A DNA stretch of 64,000 nucleotides from Octopus sinensis (lineage: Eukaryota): NCBI RefSeq assembly GCF_006345805.1, contig NC_043005.1:16554001-16618000 (forward strand), given 5' to 3'. This document shows positions 37,860 through 51,048 of the stretch, piece by piece. The position numbers and the translations under genes were made by a program. Positions within the stretch are counted from its first letter, which is position 1. Every line of letters starts with the position of its first letter. The notes beneath the pieces were generated by a model. The model was given only the letters and a program-made list of their open reading frames with translations. It was not told where the DNA came from and made no database searches.

Positions 37860-38965
37860 GGACTTAAAAATCCCTAACGAGGATATTACGTCCTCATCTG
37901 TGTTCGGTTTGTCCTTACACAGAGGCCATCCGGATTCCCGTTTGCGCCGTGAACAGGAATTAATCTTTCTCTTCGCTCTTATACGCCATTTGGTCTCAAC
38001 TCTCCCCCCTCTCATCTAACCCCCTCTCTCCCACCCTCCTCACCTATCCTTTCTCCCCCGACCCCTACTTCTTCCGTCCTTCATCCTTTCACCCCTACTC
38101 CCCTTCCTTCTTCCCTCTTTCTCCCTCCCTCTTCCCCTTCCCTCTGCTCCCTCATCCCTCTTTCCTCCTTCACACCCCCTCCTCCACTTCCTTCTCCCCC
38201 ATCCTCTCCTCTTCCCTTCTCCTCCCCTCTTCTTCCCTCCCCTTCTCTCCCCCCTCTCTCCCCCTCCCCTCTTCTCCTCACTATACCACATGACTTTACA
38301 CATCACATATGATGTGCCATACTAATACACAACCAACTAATACATACTAATACGTACTAATACATACTAGTACATACTAATACTTACACCAACCCTATAC
38401 ATACACACGTCCAGACCCGCATACGCACTTATATCTCTCACACACACACACACATACCTATACATACCAATACGTACTAATACATACTAATACATACTAA
38501 TACATACACCAACCCCATACATACGCATGTGTCCAGACCAATCTTACGCACTAATACTCTCTCATACACACACACACACACACAACACACACACACCCTT
38601 ATACATACTAATACATACACCAACCCTATACATACACACATCCAGACCCCTCCCACGCACTTTAGCTGGTCCCTCAACCTTTTATCAACCCTATTATCTC
38701 CCTTATTTCGCTCTCGCGTCTCATGTTTGATCTTTGACCTCTGGCCGAAATCAGATCGCCATGTTGATTCGTTAGCTACTGCACGCATTTTTTTTCTCTC
38801 CTTCTTTCTGTGTTTTTCTCTTTCTGTGTATCTTTCTGTTGAAGAGCGTAGGCTCGAAACGTAAAGACTTGTTTTATTTATATTTCCTGAGCGGCCATAC
38901 TAATACAATTGTTCGTTTGTTTTCCACCTGCCTTCGTCTTTGTTTATTTTCATAAAGCTTCCCGT
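37860..38965 (+). mobile_element. 5'-truncated Penelope-like element: GIY-YIG C-terminus, pyrimidine-rich 3' UTR, terminal repeat with HHR motif, (TA)n
   Basis: Translation SSVFGLSLHRGHPDSRLRREQELIF/LRSYTPFGLN (1-bp frameshift) fits the PLE endonuclease end (REQ.LIF.L....P.GLN); HHR-like motif at 38831-38868. Confidence 0.7.
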
Positions 38966-38998
<33 letters not shown>

Positions 38999-39177
38999 TT
39001 ATATATAAATATAATATTATATATACATAGATGTCTGTATTTTTCCCTTGTTAACAATTAACACAGAAAAAATATATAAATAGTTTACCAGGTAGCAAAA
39101 AATCACACAAGTAAAAAGGTGATATCTTCGAAACATGTGTCAGAAGTAAAAGAATTGAATAATACCTGTGCTTAACT

Positions 39178-39220
<43 letters not shown>

Positions 39221-39875
39221 TTTATACACTGTGCACAGATATATAAATACCTACACACACATATATGTGTGTGTGTGTGTGTATAACTTTTTCGGGCTGC
39301 CACCCCCTTGACACCCAGGCCACATTCCTACCGTCCCCACCCCAAATAACCATCACAAACATAGACCTCTTTCTGAAGCAAATTCAAAGCAACTGTATTT
39401 CACAAATAAAACTTAACCTAATGAATCCATTATTTTGCTGTTTTTTTAGATGAATCACTAACCCATTATCACCCCACTTTTCTTCAATGCCCCCTTGGAA
39501 CTTTCCACTACCCCCAGGGAGGGGGGGAGGCAATACTGACCTCTTCGGGAACCACTGACCTAGAGAATTATCAGGTTTTACACACACACACACACACACA
39601 TACACACACAAGAAAGGCAGCCCAGACAGACAGACAGTTCTTAAAAACTAGGATGTCCAATTCTTAGGCTGAGTCAGAAAAGCAATACATGACAGTATAA
39701 GTAAGGTAGGTCAGTCGATGAGTAAACACTGTCGGTGTCAGTATTAAGATTTAAAGATTTATAGGCAACAAAATATTACACACACATATATGCATACATA
39801 CACATATACGATGATGTCAATGATGTTTTTCTATATCTATGACTATGACAAACCGTCATCATCACTATTACTGAC

Positions 39876-40290
39876 GTATCTTTTCGGTTTGAACGGCAGT
39901 TTTTTCTAGCAGTGTCATATGAAATTGTTACCCATAATTATGACCCTAGTATCGATTTATTGCATTTCAATCTGTTTTAGAGTTAGGGTTAGCGGTGGGG
40001 GAAGGGTATCTTCTTTTCTTCACTAATGTAAATAAACCCAATCTGTTTCTTAAACGAGGGACAAATTCATACGGCACAGAATGCTTTTTACCTCAATAGA
40101 CGTAACTGATTGGTTGAAATTGCAGAAATTGAAGAAAAAATACAACACATATCTTACAAACTATAGAATTTTCTCATAAAGCCAAGAGAAAAAGATGTTT
40201 TATAAACACATTCTACCAGTATACGAAGTTTAAAATTTTTTAGTTACCTAGAAATTATGTTAAAAACTGCCGTTCAAACCAAAAAGATCC
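39876..40290. mobile_element. MITE with ~27-bp TIRs
   Basis: ATCTTTTCGGTTTGAACGGCAGTTTTT / AAAAACTGCCGTTCAAACCAAAAAGAT; partial related copies at 40440-40610 and 61445-61755. Confidence 0.8.
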
Positions 40291-40749
40291 TTGCTGACTT
40301 CAGTGTTGTCATCAACATTGTCAGTATTTTATTTTTTTCTATGCTCTTTTAAAATCTCACTCCATACCAATACATACATGTATATTACATCTTATGTATA
40401 TAGTTAAAAGTATGAATGCTACTGTTGAATTTAGAGCACATTTTGACCTTTTGACCGGCAGATTTAGAAAATAATTTTTTGTAACTAAACACTTTCAAAC
40501 TTTGTATACTGGTAGAATCTGTCATATAAAACATCTTTTACTCTTAGCGTTTTTGAGAAAACTTTATATTTACGAAGTTATTTCATGTTAATTTCAACCA
40601 ATCAATGATGTGTATTCAGCTGAATAAAATTACTGCTGTTGTTTGTCAACAACTTCTGTTGTTCTATAAAGGTGTATAACCAACAATAAGGATTATTATA
40701 AGATATATCCCTCAGATTTATGAACTTACTCCCTCTTTCTTTCTCTCTC

Positions 40750-40785
<36 letters not shown>

Positions 40786-42539
40786 AGATGTGAATGGGTG
40801 TGGTCAGTGTAAGGGGTGTGACTGAGTACACAAGATATTAAGTTTGAGTGATCTGGACATTGAATCAAGTGCTGTGCCCAACATCCTTCTTTCCTTGAAT
40901 CCTCAATTACTGATAGAGTCACGGAAGTGCTGGGGGTGACATCTTAAACCTGGCAGAGTCCATATCTCTTCAGGTAGGAACACAACTGATTACCTCCAGA
41001 GACAGAGGAAGGAAGAGATAAATGGGTGGGGAGGAGGAAGAGAGAAAGAAAGAACGATTGAAAAGAAAGAGAGACAAACAGACAGACAGAAGAACCAACT
41101 TCTGAACCTGGTTGGTACTTTACTAACCCTGAAAGCTTCAAAGACAAAGTTGTGTGTGTGTGTGTGTGTGTGTGGTGTATTATTATTATTATTGCTTTTT
41201 CTACCAGTAATTACAAATAGAACAGTTTGAATAGCTTCTTGCCAAGGCAGCGTTCTCTGTGGCCACTGGTAGTAGTAAACAAACACATAATTTTCTTATG
41301 GTGTCTTAAACATTCTCTAGAACAACACTATGTAAAAAAACCAAATATACGGCACCCTAGGCATAACACCAACATGAACTTCTAACTTGCTGTCTCTTGA
41401 GGTCTTTGAGTGAGAACCAACTTGTACAAATGCAAAGCAAAAGAGATTTGAACTCAGGGTTCTTAGGCCTGAAACAAACAGTCTATCTGATCCACTAACC
41501 ACTCTGCTAATTTGCCACTTCTCATTTGCCCAACGACCCACCTCCTATAAATGGTTTGCGCAATTAGAGCTTGCCTGGGGAGACAAAACAACAACAACAA
41601 ACAGCAACAACATTGCCTCTAATAATATCGACACCACCATGACCACCACCAAACAACAAAGGAGTTTATGCAAGTATCATTAATTACATACTTGAAACAA
41701 TAAACTTTTACAGCCTTTGCCAAAACAATAAAAACAATGTTCCATCAGCTTTATATGCTTGTCAAGCAGATCTAATTTACATAATGCAAAGGTATCTCTC
41801 TCAGACGAAGTAGTTTATATCTCATAGATATAAATTACTTCATAGTTTTTTCTCAAAAGAAATATGTTAATCTACAATCTTAGATAATAAACTAATTGCT
41901 GAAAGAGGAAGAGGGAGGGGAGGGAGAGACAGACAGACAGATAGAGAGAGTGTATTTACATAAACATTATAGTAGTCATACTACTATATGGAATTCCATC
42001 CCAGTCTGCAGACATTTGGTTTTTCCCCTTGTAGCAAATATCAAACTGACAAACAGGTGTCTAAGCTGAATAGTAAATAACAGAATCCCACCAAACTGAG
42101 AAAACCGAAAAGGCTGGAGGCACTGAACACCACCATATCCCTCTCCTAACATATAAAATAAAACACACACACACACGTATATGTGTGCATGTGTGTGTGT
42201 GTATCATCATCATCGTCGTTTAACATCCGTTTTCCATGCTAGCATGGGTTGGACGGTTCGACCGGGGATCTGGGAAGCCAGAACGCTGCACCAGGCTCCA
42301 GTCTTTTCTGGCAATGTTTCTACAGCTGGATGCCCTTCCTAACGCCAATCACTCCGTGAGTGTAGTGGGTGCTTTTTACGTCCCACCTGCACAGGTGCCA
42401 GGCGAGGCTGGCAATGGCCACGGTCGGATTGGTGCATTTTACGTGCCACCGGCACGGAAGCCAGTCGAGTCGGCACTGGCTTCAGCCACGATTCGGATGG
42501 TGCTTTTTACGTATGTGTATGTATATAATAATAATGATA

Positions 42540-42817
42540 ATAAAGGGTAAAATTAAATAATTAGTTAATAATTAATAATTTTACCAAGTAATTCAGTATG
42601 TTAAAAGAACCATTATCGGTAAACTTAAACAAAAATTTTTTATAATTATGAGTATAATTATAATTAGGGTTCAGCAAAAATTTGCTTCACCACATACCGA
42701 AATTTAGAAATGGTAGTGACATAGTTAGTTTTAACTGCTATTTCGAAATTTCGGTATGTGGTGAAGCAAATTTTTGCTGAACTCTAATTATGATTATACT
42801 CATGATTATAAAAATTT
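42540..42817. mobile_element. Fold-back element, copy 1 (~78-bp inverted arms)
   Basis: Arms 42633-42711 / 42740-42817; unique left flank shared with 55272-55498. Confidence 0.75.
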
Positions 42818-44505
42818 ATATATATATAATGATTATTATAAGAATTAATTCATTAAACGGTGTTCAATAAATGTCATCAAATAAAATGAAATGAAGCAGA
42901 TTTTGTTGATAATGATGGGTTATATATATATATATATATATACACACACATACATACATACATAGAAGGTTGTTTGTAATGGCCAGTCAGAGAGTGACCG
43001 TTGATTTTGTACCTTTAAAGCACTTAGCTGTATAGGCGACTCGCCAGACTCAAATGACCAGAGGCACATAACTTCTCAACAACCGGGGGGAGGAAAATGT
43101 CATGGTCAATTAGTTTTGTAAATGAAAAATATAGAGTACAAACCCTGCAGGAGGCTTTCAGATGAGACAGGGTTATCCCCTTACATCGGTTCCAGCCATG
43201 ACGTGTTCCGATTCAGCAAATGGGGAGTTTCAAATTTGTAACAGGAAACGCTAACAAATTATATATTGTGTTTTTAAACAGAACACATGCATAAGAGATA
43301 TTAACTCTGGGTGAATACTGTACAAAATTTGCTTTTTCTTAAATTACATTAGATATGATACACGGATGGCTTTTTAGAATCTGATACTGCTTTTGTTGCA
43401 TGAAATGGATTTTTATTCAGTCAGGCAACTAATTGCAAAACCAGTAATTTTTTAATCACTGTTTTCCTATATTGGTTAGGAACAAATTTTGTCTTAGCAT
43501 ATCAGGCTTAAAGTACACACCACTGATGATGCCCAAAAAGGCAAAAATGCACATCAAGCATTTTCACCATCTGTTGTATATTGTATTTTTATACACAGCA
43601 CAACCATAAGAGATATTACGTCAGGAGGAATACTAAGGTAAATTTACCTTTGCATAATGTACTTATACAGCTATTTTAACTAATGCTGCTTCTACTACAT
43701 ATAACAGACTTTTATTCAGCTAAGCAGCTATTTGCAACATCAGTGACTGTTCATTTCATCTTGGCATGCAGTAGGCTGTGGACTACAAGCAGCTGACAAC
43801 ACCCAATGAGGCAGAAATGCAAATAGTGTTCTCACCAGCTGCTGCTAGGATGATTTTCATCTGCCTCCAATACATATTGTGGCTTTTAAACAGAGGAAAT
43901 CTCCAGATGACTATCATAGTAAATTTGCCTTTTCACAATGTATTTACATTAAATATGATATATAGATATCTATTTTATTCTAATACTGCTCCTGCTACAT
44001 ATGATAGATATATATGTCAATATTACATAGATATCTTTAGAAAATTTTCTATATACCGAAAGACACACACATATATATATATACATATTTATACACATAC
44101 ATATCTATATACATGCATACACCTACACTTACACACATATATACATACACATACATATATATATAGAGACGTGTGTGTGTGTGTGTGTAGTAAAATAATA
44201 TGTTGGCTTCCTGTGGAATGAAATTTGAGGAATATATATGTACTAAAGTTCTTGGCAGTATAGAAGGAATTTATTAGCCATATGTAATCAGCAAAAAGAC
44301 ATATATATATATGTGTGTATGTGTGTGTGTGTATGCGTGTATACACGCATACATGCACACACACATATATATATATATATCTGTATATAAAACAAGTATG
44401 CATATGTGTCAGTCACATGCACAAACACACACTATGTGTAGCACTACATCTGGCATGTTATTAAATAGAAAACATGTTTAAGCACTACCTTTTTTTTACA
44501 AGGTC

Positions 44506-44560
<55 letters not shown>

Positions 44561-44830
44561 ATCACTTCTGTATAGCCAGAAGACTTTTGATGACAGGAAT
44601 GTTTGTCTTGTAAAGGTGAACAAAAAGTAAGATTTATGTCAGTTATTTTTGTGGCAATAAAACAATGTATATAGATTAACAGTGTGAAATACCCCCCACA
44701 CACACAGACACACACACACACACACACACATTACCATGTGCTTTTAAATCATGACAAATAGCCCATAATATTAGAGCTCAGTATAGTTTATTGTGTCAAA
44801 CTCTCAAATATATATGTGTACATACATACA

Positions 44831-44862
<32 letters not shown>

Positions 44863-44866
44863 AGTT

Positions 44867-45110
44867 TATGAAAGAATGGAGTTGAACAAATTTCCTTTAT
44901 TTTCGACATATGTTTCGAAGGCTGCATATTCCTAATTCCGAAGGAATAAGGAGTACATTATGCAGATTTCTCATCAGGAAAGGCAAGGAACTTATGTCGA
45001 CATCAAAATGCACAAAAAACTTTTAGCTGACTGCTCTCAATTTGCTACCCAGGTATCGGTTATCTTTCGAATTATCCTTAATAAGATAATTCATTCAACT
45101 ACTCAAATAT
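44867..45110 (-). mobile_element. ~245-bp hammerhead-containing element (retrozyme-like or solo Penelope pLTR)
   Basis: Homologous to 56282-56500; flanked on both sides by (TACA)n. Confidence 0.75.
44892..44990 (-). ncRNA. Type I hammerhead ribozyme with canonical core
   Basis: Minus strand: TTCCTT-GCC-TTTC|CTGATGA|GAA-AT-CTGCATA..TATGCAG-CC-TTC|GAAA|CATATG|TC|GAAA-ATA-AAGGAA; GUC triplet; predicted cleavage between 44905 and 44904. Confidence 0.8.
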
Positions 45111-45330
45111 ACATACATACATACATACGCAGTGTAGACAGAGATAGACACACAGACAGACAGTCAGACAGATCAATAGCTCTATGCACCAATATATTAC
45201 CACACAGCCCACTAGACATCAAACAATTGCTGACATACAGGGGCTCATATCATGGCAATCCCACACCAATACCCTTGAATAGTTGTTCCTAATTTATTTA
45301 ACTTTGTGTGGCAGACAAAAATGTATATAC

Positions 45331-45806
45331 TCTTTACTCCTTTACTCTTTTACTTGTTTCAGTTATTTGACTGTGCCCATGCTGCAGCACCGAGCAAATC
45401 GACCCCAGGACTTATTCTTTGTAAACCTAGTACTTATTCTATCAGTCTCTTTTGCTGAACCGCTAAGTTACAGGGATGTAAATACACCAGCATCAACTGT
45501 CAAGCGATGTTGGGGGGACAAACACAGACACACAAACATATATACACACACATACATATACATATACATACATGTATATACGACGGGCATCTTTCAGTTT
45601 CCGTCAACCAAATCCACTTACAAGGCTTTGGTCAGCCTGATGCTATAGTAGAAGACACTTGCCCAAGGTGCCACGCAGTGGGACTGAACCGGAACCATGT
45701 GGTTCATAAGCAAGCTACCTACCACACAGCCACTCCTACGCCTATACTTACCACACAGCCACTCCTACGCCTATATTTACCACACAGCCACTCCTATGCC
45801 TATATA
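45331..45806 (-). mobile_element. SINE family A with triplicated 29-bp 5' end
   Basis: TACCACACAGCCACTCCTAYGCCTATAYT x3 at 45720, 45749, 45778. Confidence 0.9.
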
Positions 45807-46347
45807 AAAAGTAATTTATTTACCTTGTTTTATTAACCATACCTGTGTTTAAAATATGTTTTTCAAAACATTCAAAGATTAATATGGATTTTCTATAGTC
45901 TTAAATTATATATATATATTTTTTTTATTCATGACACACTTAAACACCCACTGCAGTAGTGCACTGGTGCAACATGGTGCACGCAATATTTGTGAATCAC
46001 TGCCCTAGATGCTAAATACATCAAGTACATACAGACAGACAAACACACATACACACACTACACTACACTACACACATACACACACTCCATATAAAGTGAG
46101 CCTTTGGGGTAGTCTCTCCATACAGCCCATCTAACAGCTAAATCCTTCTTAAGAAAAAAAAAAGAAATGACACATTAAATAATGTACTCCTAGATACACT
46201 ATGTCTGAAAGTACAAGATGGTCATAGCAGAAACACTGTTGAGCATAGAACAATTCTATATTTGTGAGATGAGGAATTTAAATTATGTGTATTGTCTATA
46301 TTAGTCGAACTGGTGCTCTCATCTTGATTGTTGATTTAAATACAAGA

Positions 46348-46389
46348 CACCTGAAGAAGGCTGGAGAGTACAACAGCTGAAATGTAGTG
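46348..46389 (+). ncRNA. Degenerate minimal HHR motif (HHR-SINE tail type)
   Basis: CAC-CTGAAGA-AGGCTG..CAGCT-GAAA-TGTA-GTG. Confidence 0.45.
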
Positions 46390-47203
46390 AAAGCAATAGT
46401 CAAGATGAAGACACTAGTTTTGAGCATAGGTTTGTTGGATCAGGACTGTTAATGCCACTAAGAGACACCAAGTCAGCACACCGTATGCATACGGCAAACA
46501 ATATCACAAGATCTTTGATATACATAAGGCAGACAAGACCTACAAAATAAGTAAGGCAGGTGACATGTACAATATACAAAATGTGAAATAACAAAAAAAA
46601 AATTAAAAATTAAAACATTATCATGTTATATGTAATACTGGTTTCAAATTTTGGCACAAGTCCAGCAATTTTGGAGGAGGGGTAAGTTGATTACATTGGC
46701 CCCAGTGCTCAGTTGGTACTTACTTTATTGACCCCCGACCTCGCTCGAATGTTTTTTCACGTGTCACCGGCACAAGTGCCAGTAAAGCAACGCTGGTAAC
46801 GATCACACTCAAATGGTGCCTTTTACGTGCCACCGGCACGGAAGCCAGTTAGCTGCTCTGACAACGATCACGCTCAGATGGTGCTCTTAGCGCTCCACTA
46901 GCAAGGATGCCAGTCATATATATATATATAATTATCGACATCATTCAACATCCACTTTCCCATGCTTGCATGGGTCACACAGTTTACTGAGGCAGATTTT
47001 CTACAGCTGGATGCCCTTCCAGTCACCAACCCTTATATGTTTCCAGGCAAAGTAATATTTCCCCATGGCCAGACATGTTTCTTCAAAATACTGGAAATGA
47101 TACTCATTTACGACATTCATGCAATATCAAGAAAAGGAGGTACAAACATACACACACAATAGGCTTCCTTCAGTTTCCATTACAAAATCCACTCATGTTA
47201 TAT

Positions 47204-47234
<31 letters not shown>

Positions 47235-47254
47235 TATATATATATATATATATA

Positions 47255-47650
47255 GGTGCAGGAGTGGCTGTGTGGTAAGTAGCTTGCTTACCAACTACAT
47301 GGTTCCAGGTTCAGTCCCACTGCGTGGCACTTTGGGTAGGTGTCTTCTACTATAGCCTTGAGCCGACCAAAGCCTTGTGAGTGCATTTGATAGACGGAAA
47401 CTGAAAGAAGCCTGTCGTGTATATGTATATATATATATGTGTGTTTGTGTCTGTGTTCGTCCCCCCAACATCACTTGACAACCGATGCTGGTGTGTTCAT
47501 GTCCCCGTAACTTAGCGGTTCGGCAAAAGAGACCGATAGAATAAGTACTAGGCTTACAAAGAATCAATCATGGGGTCAATTTGCTCGACTAAAGGCGGTG
47601 CTCCAGGATAGCCGCAGTCAAATGACTGAAACAAGTAAAAGATTAAAAGA
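47255..47650 (+). mobile_element. SINE family A
   Basis: Full-length homology. Confidence 0.9.
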
Positions 47651-47900
47651 TATATATATATCTATATATCTATCTATCTATATATATATATATTTAATAG
47701 TTTATATTAGACTTTATAAAAATCAGTTTGGAGCGGAATGCTTTTCAGTATTCTTTTCTGCTCACTGTACTCTGAGTTGAGGTCCTCTCAGGGTCAATAA
47801 TTAAAGTACCAATCCAATGTGGTAGATTGGCAAAATTGGGGAAGATATTTTGCAATGTCTGTTTCTTGCTTTCTGGATTCAAATTCTGCTTAGCTCTTAA

Positions 47901-48119
47901 CCCTTTAGTGTTCAGATTATTCTATCAAACATAATGCCTATTGATTCCCATTAATTTGAATTAACCATGCATTATCTCATATCTTCAAGATCTTGATGGT
48001 GTAATTACCTAATGTAGAATAACATTGTAGGGTAGGTGTGAGAGCCTGGATCTGGTCAGTTTGAACATAAAACAGATTAACTATTTTGGCCGGATATGGC
48101 CAGTTTAAATACTAAAGGG
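47901..48119. mobile_element. piggyBac-like MITE, subfamily 1
   Basis: TTAA|CCCTTTAGT...ACTAAAGGG|TTAA; near-identical to 33669-33853. Confidence 0.8.
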
Positions 48120-48701
48120 TTAATGATCAAGGATAATTATCTAACCACAGGAGCACATCATTCAACTTATAATTGGCCAGCCTGGGCAAGTAGGCCTACA
48201 ACCAGCACAAATAATCTGACAATGGCATGTGAAGGTTTTCATCCAGCAGGAGATTAAAAATGGCTGAATAAAAAATGTTCCAACTTGAAACGGAAAATAG
48301 AAACAAGTTCACTGATGAGATTTTAACCATATATCAGAACAAGAACAAGAAAAAGAAAATAGGAGAGAGAGAGTGTGTGTGTGGTTCTACATGAATGGTT
48401 AAGCAGAATGAACAAATGAAGCAAACTATAAGTGTGTGGTGAGGAAGAGAGCAGTGATATCTCTAATTACAATTTTTTCAGTTGAGAGATTCTCAACTAT
48501 CACCTAGATGACACAGATACACCATCTTCTTTTCAAGTATATCCAGGCTGTCACACTCTGCTTATACACTGCATGTCATTAGTATGTGCAGTATGTCAAC
48601 TGTGTCCAAGCTCTCACACTTCATTCATAAAATGCATGTCAGTGCAAGTATCTCGAGCATGTCCACATTATTAGCATGTGCAGTGTGCTAACAAGAAAGG
48701 T

Positions 48702-48950
48702 GGCAAGCCGGCAGAAATGTTAACACGCAGGGCGAAGTGCTTAGCGGTATATCGTCAGCCGTTACATTCTGAGTTCAAATTCTGCCGAGGTCGACTTTGC
48801 CTTTCATCCTTTCAGGGTAGATAAATTAAGTACCAGTCATGCACTGGGGATCGATGTAATCGACTTAATCCCTTTGTCTGTCCTTGTTTGTCCTCTCTAA
48901 GTTTAGTCCCTGGTGGGCAATAAAGAAATAAGAAATGTTAGCACACCAGG
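48702..48950 (+). mobile_element. SINE family B with start of a second unit
   Basis: Tail AATAAAGAAATAAGAAA runs into TGTTAGCAC. Confidence 0.85.
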
Positions 48951-49093
48951 ACAAATATCTGTCGAATGTAAATAATATGAATAATGAAAAAAAATCAATT
49001 TTAAATATGCTAAGATAATATTCATAATGTCTTATCCCTTCTTAGTATAGAAGCAGAAGTTTTGCATAAAATTAATTAGAAATTCTCATTAGA

Positions 49094-49237
49094 AATGAGA
49101 ACCCAAGTTTGAAATTTCCCCAAGACACCTGATGAAGGCTGGAGTGTATATCAGCCGAAATGTTGTGTTAACAACAAACAAGATGAGGACAAATATCCAT
49201 CGAATGTACATAATTCCTCATCTCTTAAATATAGAAC
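49094..49237 (+). mobile_element. HHR-SINE tail, 5'-truncated, HHR at 49124-49169
   Basis: GACAC-CTGATGA-A-GGCTG..CAGCC-GAAA-TGTT-GTGTT. Confidence 0.75.
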
Positions 49238-50756
49238 CGATTTCTTTCATGTCATAAACCATTTTCATTTCTGTAGTGCCCCTCTCCTTCCCTTGATGCC
49301 CTAAGCATGTGCTTAATTTTGCTTAATGGTTAATAGCATACAGTATGCCATTACCAGAATTAACTACAAAGCCTTGAGCTTGTTGTCGACCAAAGCAACT
49401 AAGCAAACAAAGCTAAAATAGTCAAAATTCAGACAACAAGCTAATTCGGCAACCTTTTCATGGTTGCTCAACCTAATGGAAATAATTACCAAATCTTCCT
49501 CAAATCACACCTTAATCCTCTTAAAATACAGAGAAATTGGATCAACAATTATCAAGAGTATCAAGCTTCGATGATGTGGTCAGAATAAGACAGAAATATG
49601 TTCAGAGTTGTCTCCTGTACTTATAAAAAGAATATAACATTAGTCAATGACTAATACTGTATTCTTCTTTACTGTGTGTTTATTTTTAGTTTGAGTTTTT
49701 TTTTTTTTTTTTTTGCTTTGTTCCCAGCATTAAACACTGGTTTTATTAGACACAGTATGTGTGTAACCACACACACATACACACACATACATAATGGTCA
49801 CTGTAAGTAAGACTTTTGATCAATGAATGGAAATAAAATCAAAAGCAAGAGTCACAGGAGAAAAAAAAAAAGTGTTGCATTTCATTTAGTACCGTGAATA
49901 ATAGAGAAAGTAATTAAACAAATGTTTTATGAAGTCGCTTATTAACTGAGAATAAACGACTTTTATATAACGACCACACATTTTATATAATGGCATTAAG
50001 CATATGCTGGGAGAAAACATGAGGTTTTATTCAATAACATCTTGCATCTTTTTTTTCTTTTACTTGTTTCAGTCATTGGACTGTGGCCAAGCTGCAGCAT
50101 CACCTTGAAGGGTTTAACAGAACAAACAAATCCAGTATTGATTTTTTAAGTCTGGTAATTTATTCTATCAGTGTCTTTTGCCAAACTGCTAAGTTATGGG
50201 GACAGAAACAGACCAACACCAGTGGTCAAGAGGTGAGACACATACATACATACATACATATTTTTTTTTTTTTACCAAGGCCTATTCCCCATAGTAGAAA
50301 CTTTGCCAGATCAGATTGGAGCCTGGTACAGCCTTCTGGCTTACCAGTCCCCCAGTCAAACTGTCCAACTCATGCCAGCATGGAAAGTAGACGTTAAACG
50401 ACGATGATGATATATATATATATTATATATATATATATATATAAACACACATATATACACACGTACACACACATATATATAGCATATATATACATACAGT
50501 TCCCATCTGCCAAATTCACTCACAAGGCAGAGGTCAACCCAGTATTATTGTAGAATACGCATGCCAAAAGGGTTGTGCAGTGAGATTGAACACAAAATGA
50601 CTTGGTTGCAAGGCAAGCTTAAAATAAAACAAATGAAATGAGAAACACACACACACACACACATACATTAAAGCAGTAATCTTAAAGTTTACTAGTGACT
50701 TATTCCTTGATTCCTTTAATCATACATAGTTCTAATTAAGGTTGATGTTTGTTCCT

Positions 50757-51048
50757 TCTCGAGCCATGCCTGGCTCATAAGGGCCGGTTTCCCGGTTTCC
50801 TTGGCGTATAGGTTCCCTACCTGGACGGGACGCCAGTCCGTCGCAGGTGAGCTACAAGATGCAGGAGGGAAGAGTGAGAGAAAGTTGTGGCGAAAGAGTC
50901 AGCAGAAGTTCACCGTTATCTTCTGCCAGAACACTGAGGAGCTTAGGTGTTTCACTCATAAACACACACATCGCCCAGTCTGAGATTCGAACCCGCGATC
51001 CCTTGACCGCGAGTTCACTGCTCTAACCACTAGGCCATGTGCCTCCAC
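50757..51048 (-). mobile_element. tRNA SINE with Meta-domain-like core
   Basis: Minus strand CTGCGACGGACTGGCGTCCCGTCCAGG...GAAACCGGGAAACCGGCC..ATGAGCC..GGCTCG resembles the MetaSINE core from recall; fragments at 8050-8260 and 27780-27942. Confidence 0.65.

Noticed and set aside
39420-39557. hAT-like terminus CAGTGGTTCCC on the minus strand
   Set aside because: No partner TIR or 8-bp target duplication found; left unannotated
39978-39992. Telomere-like TTAGGGTTAG
   Set aside because: Under two units and internal to a MITE family (also at 61742)
43515-43560. HHR-like CTGATGA-T-GCC..GGC-AAAA-TGC
   Set aside because: Stem II is present, but GAAA, stem III and stem I are decayed; cannot be supported beyond a possible fossil
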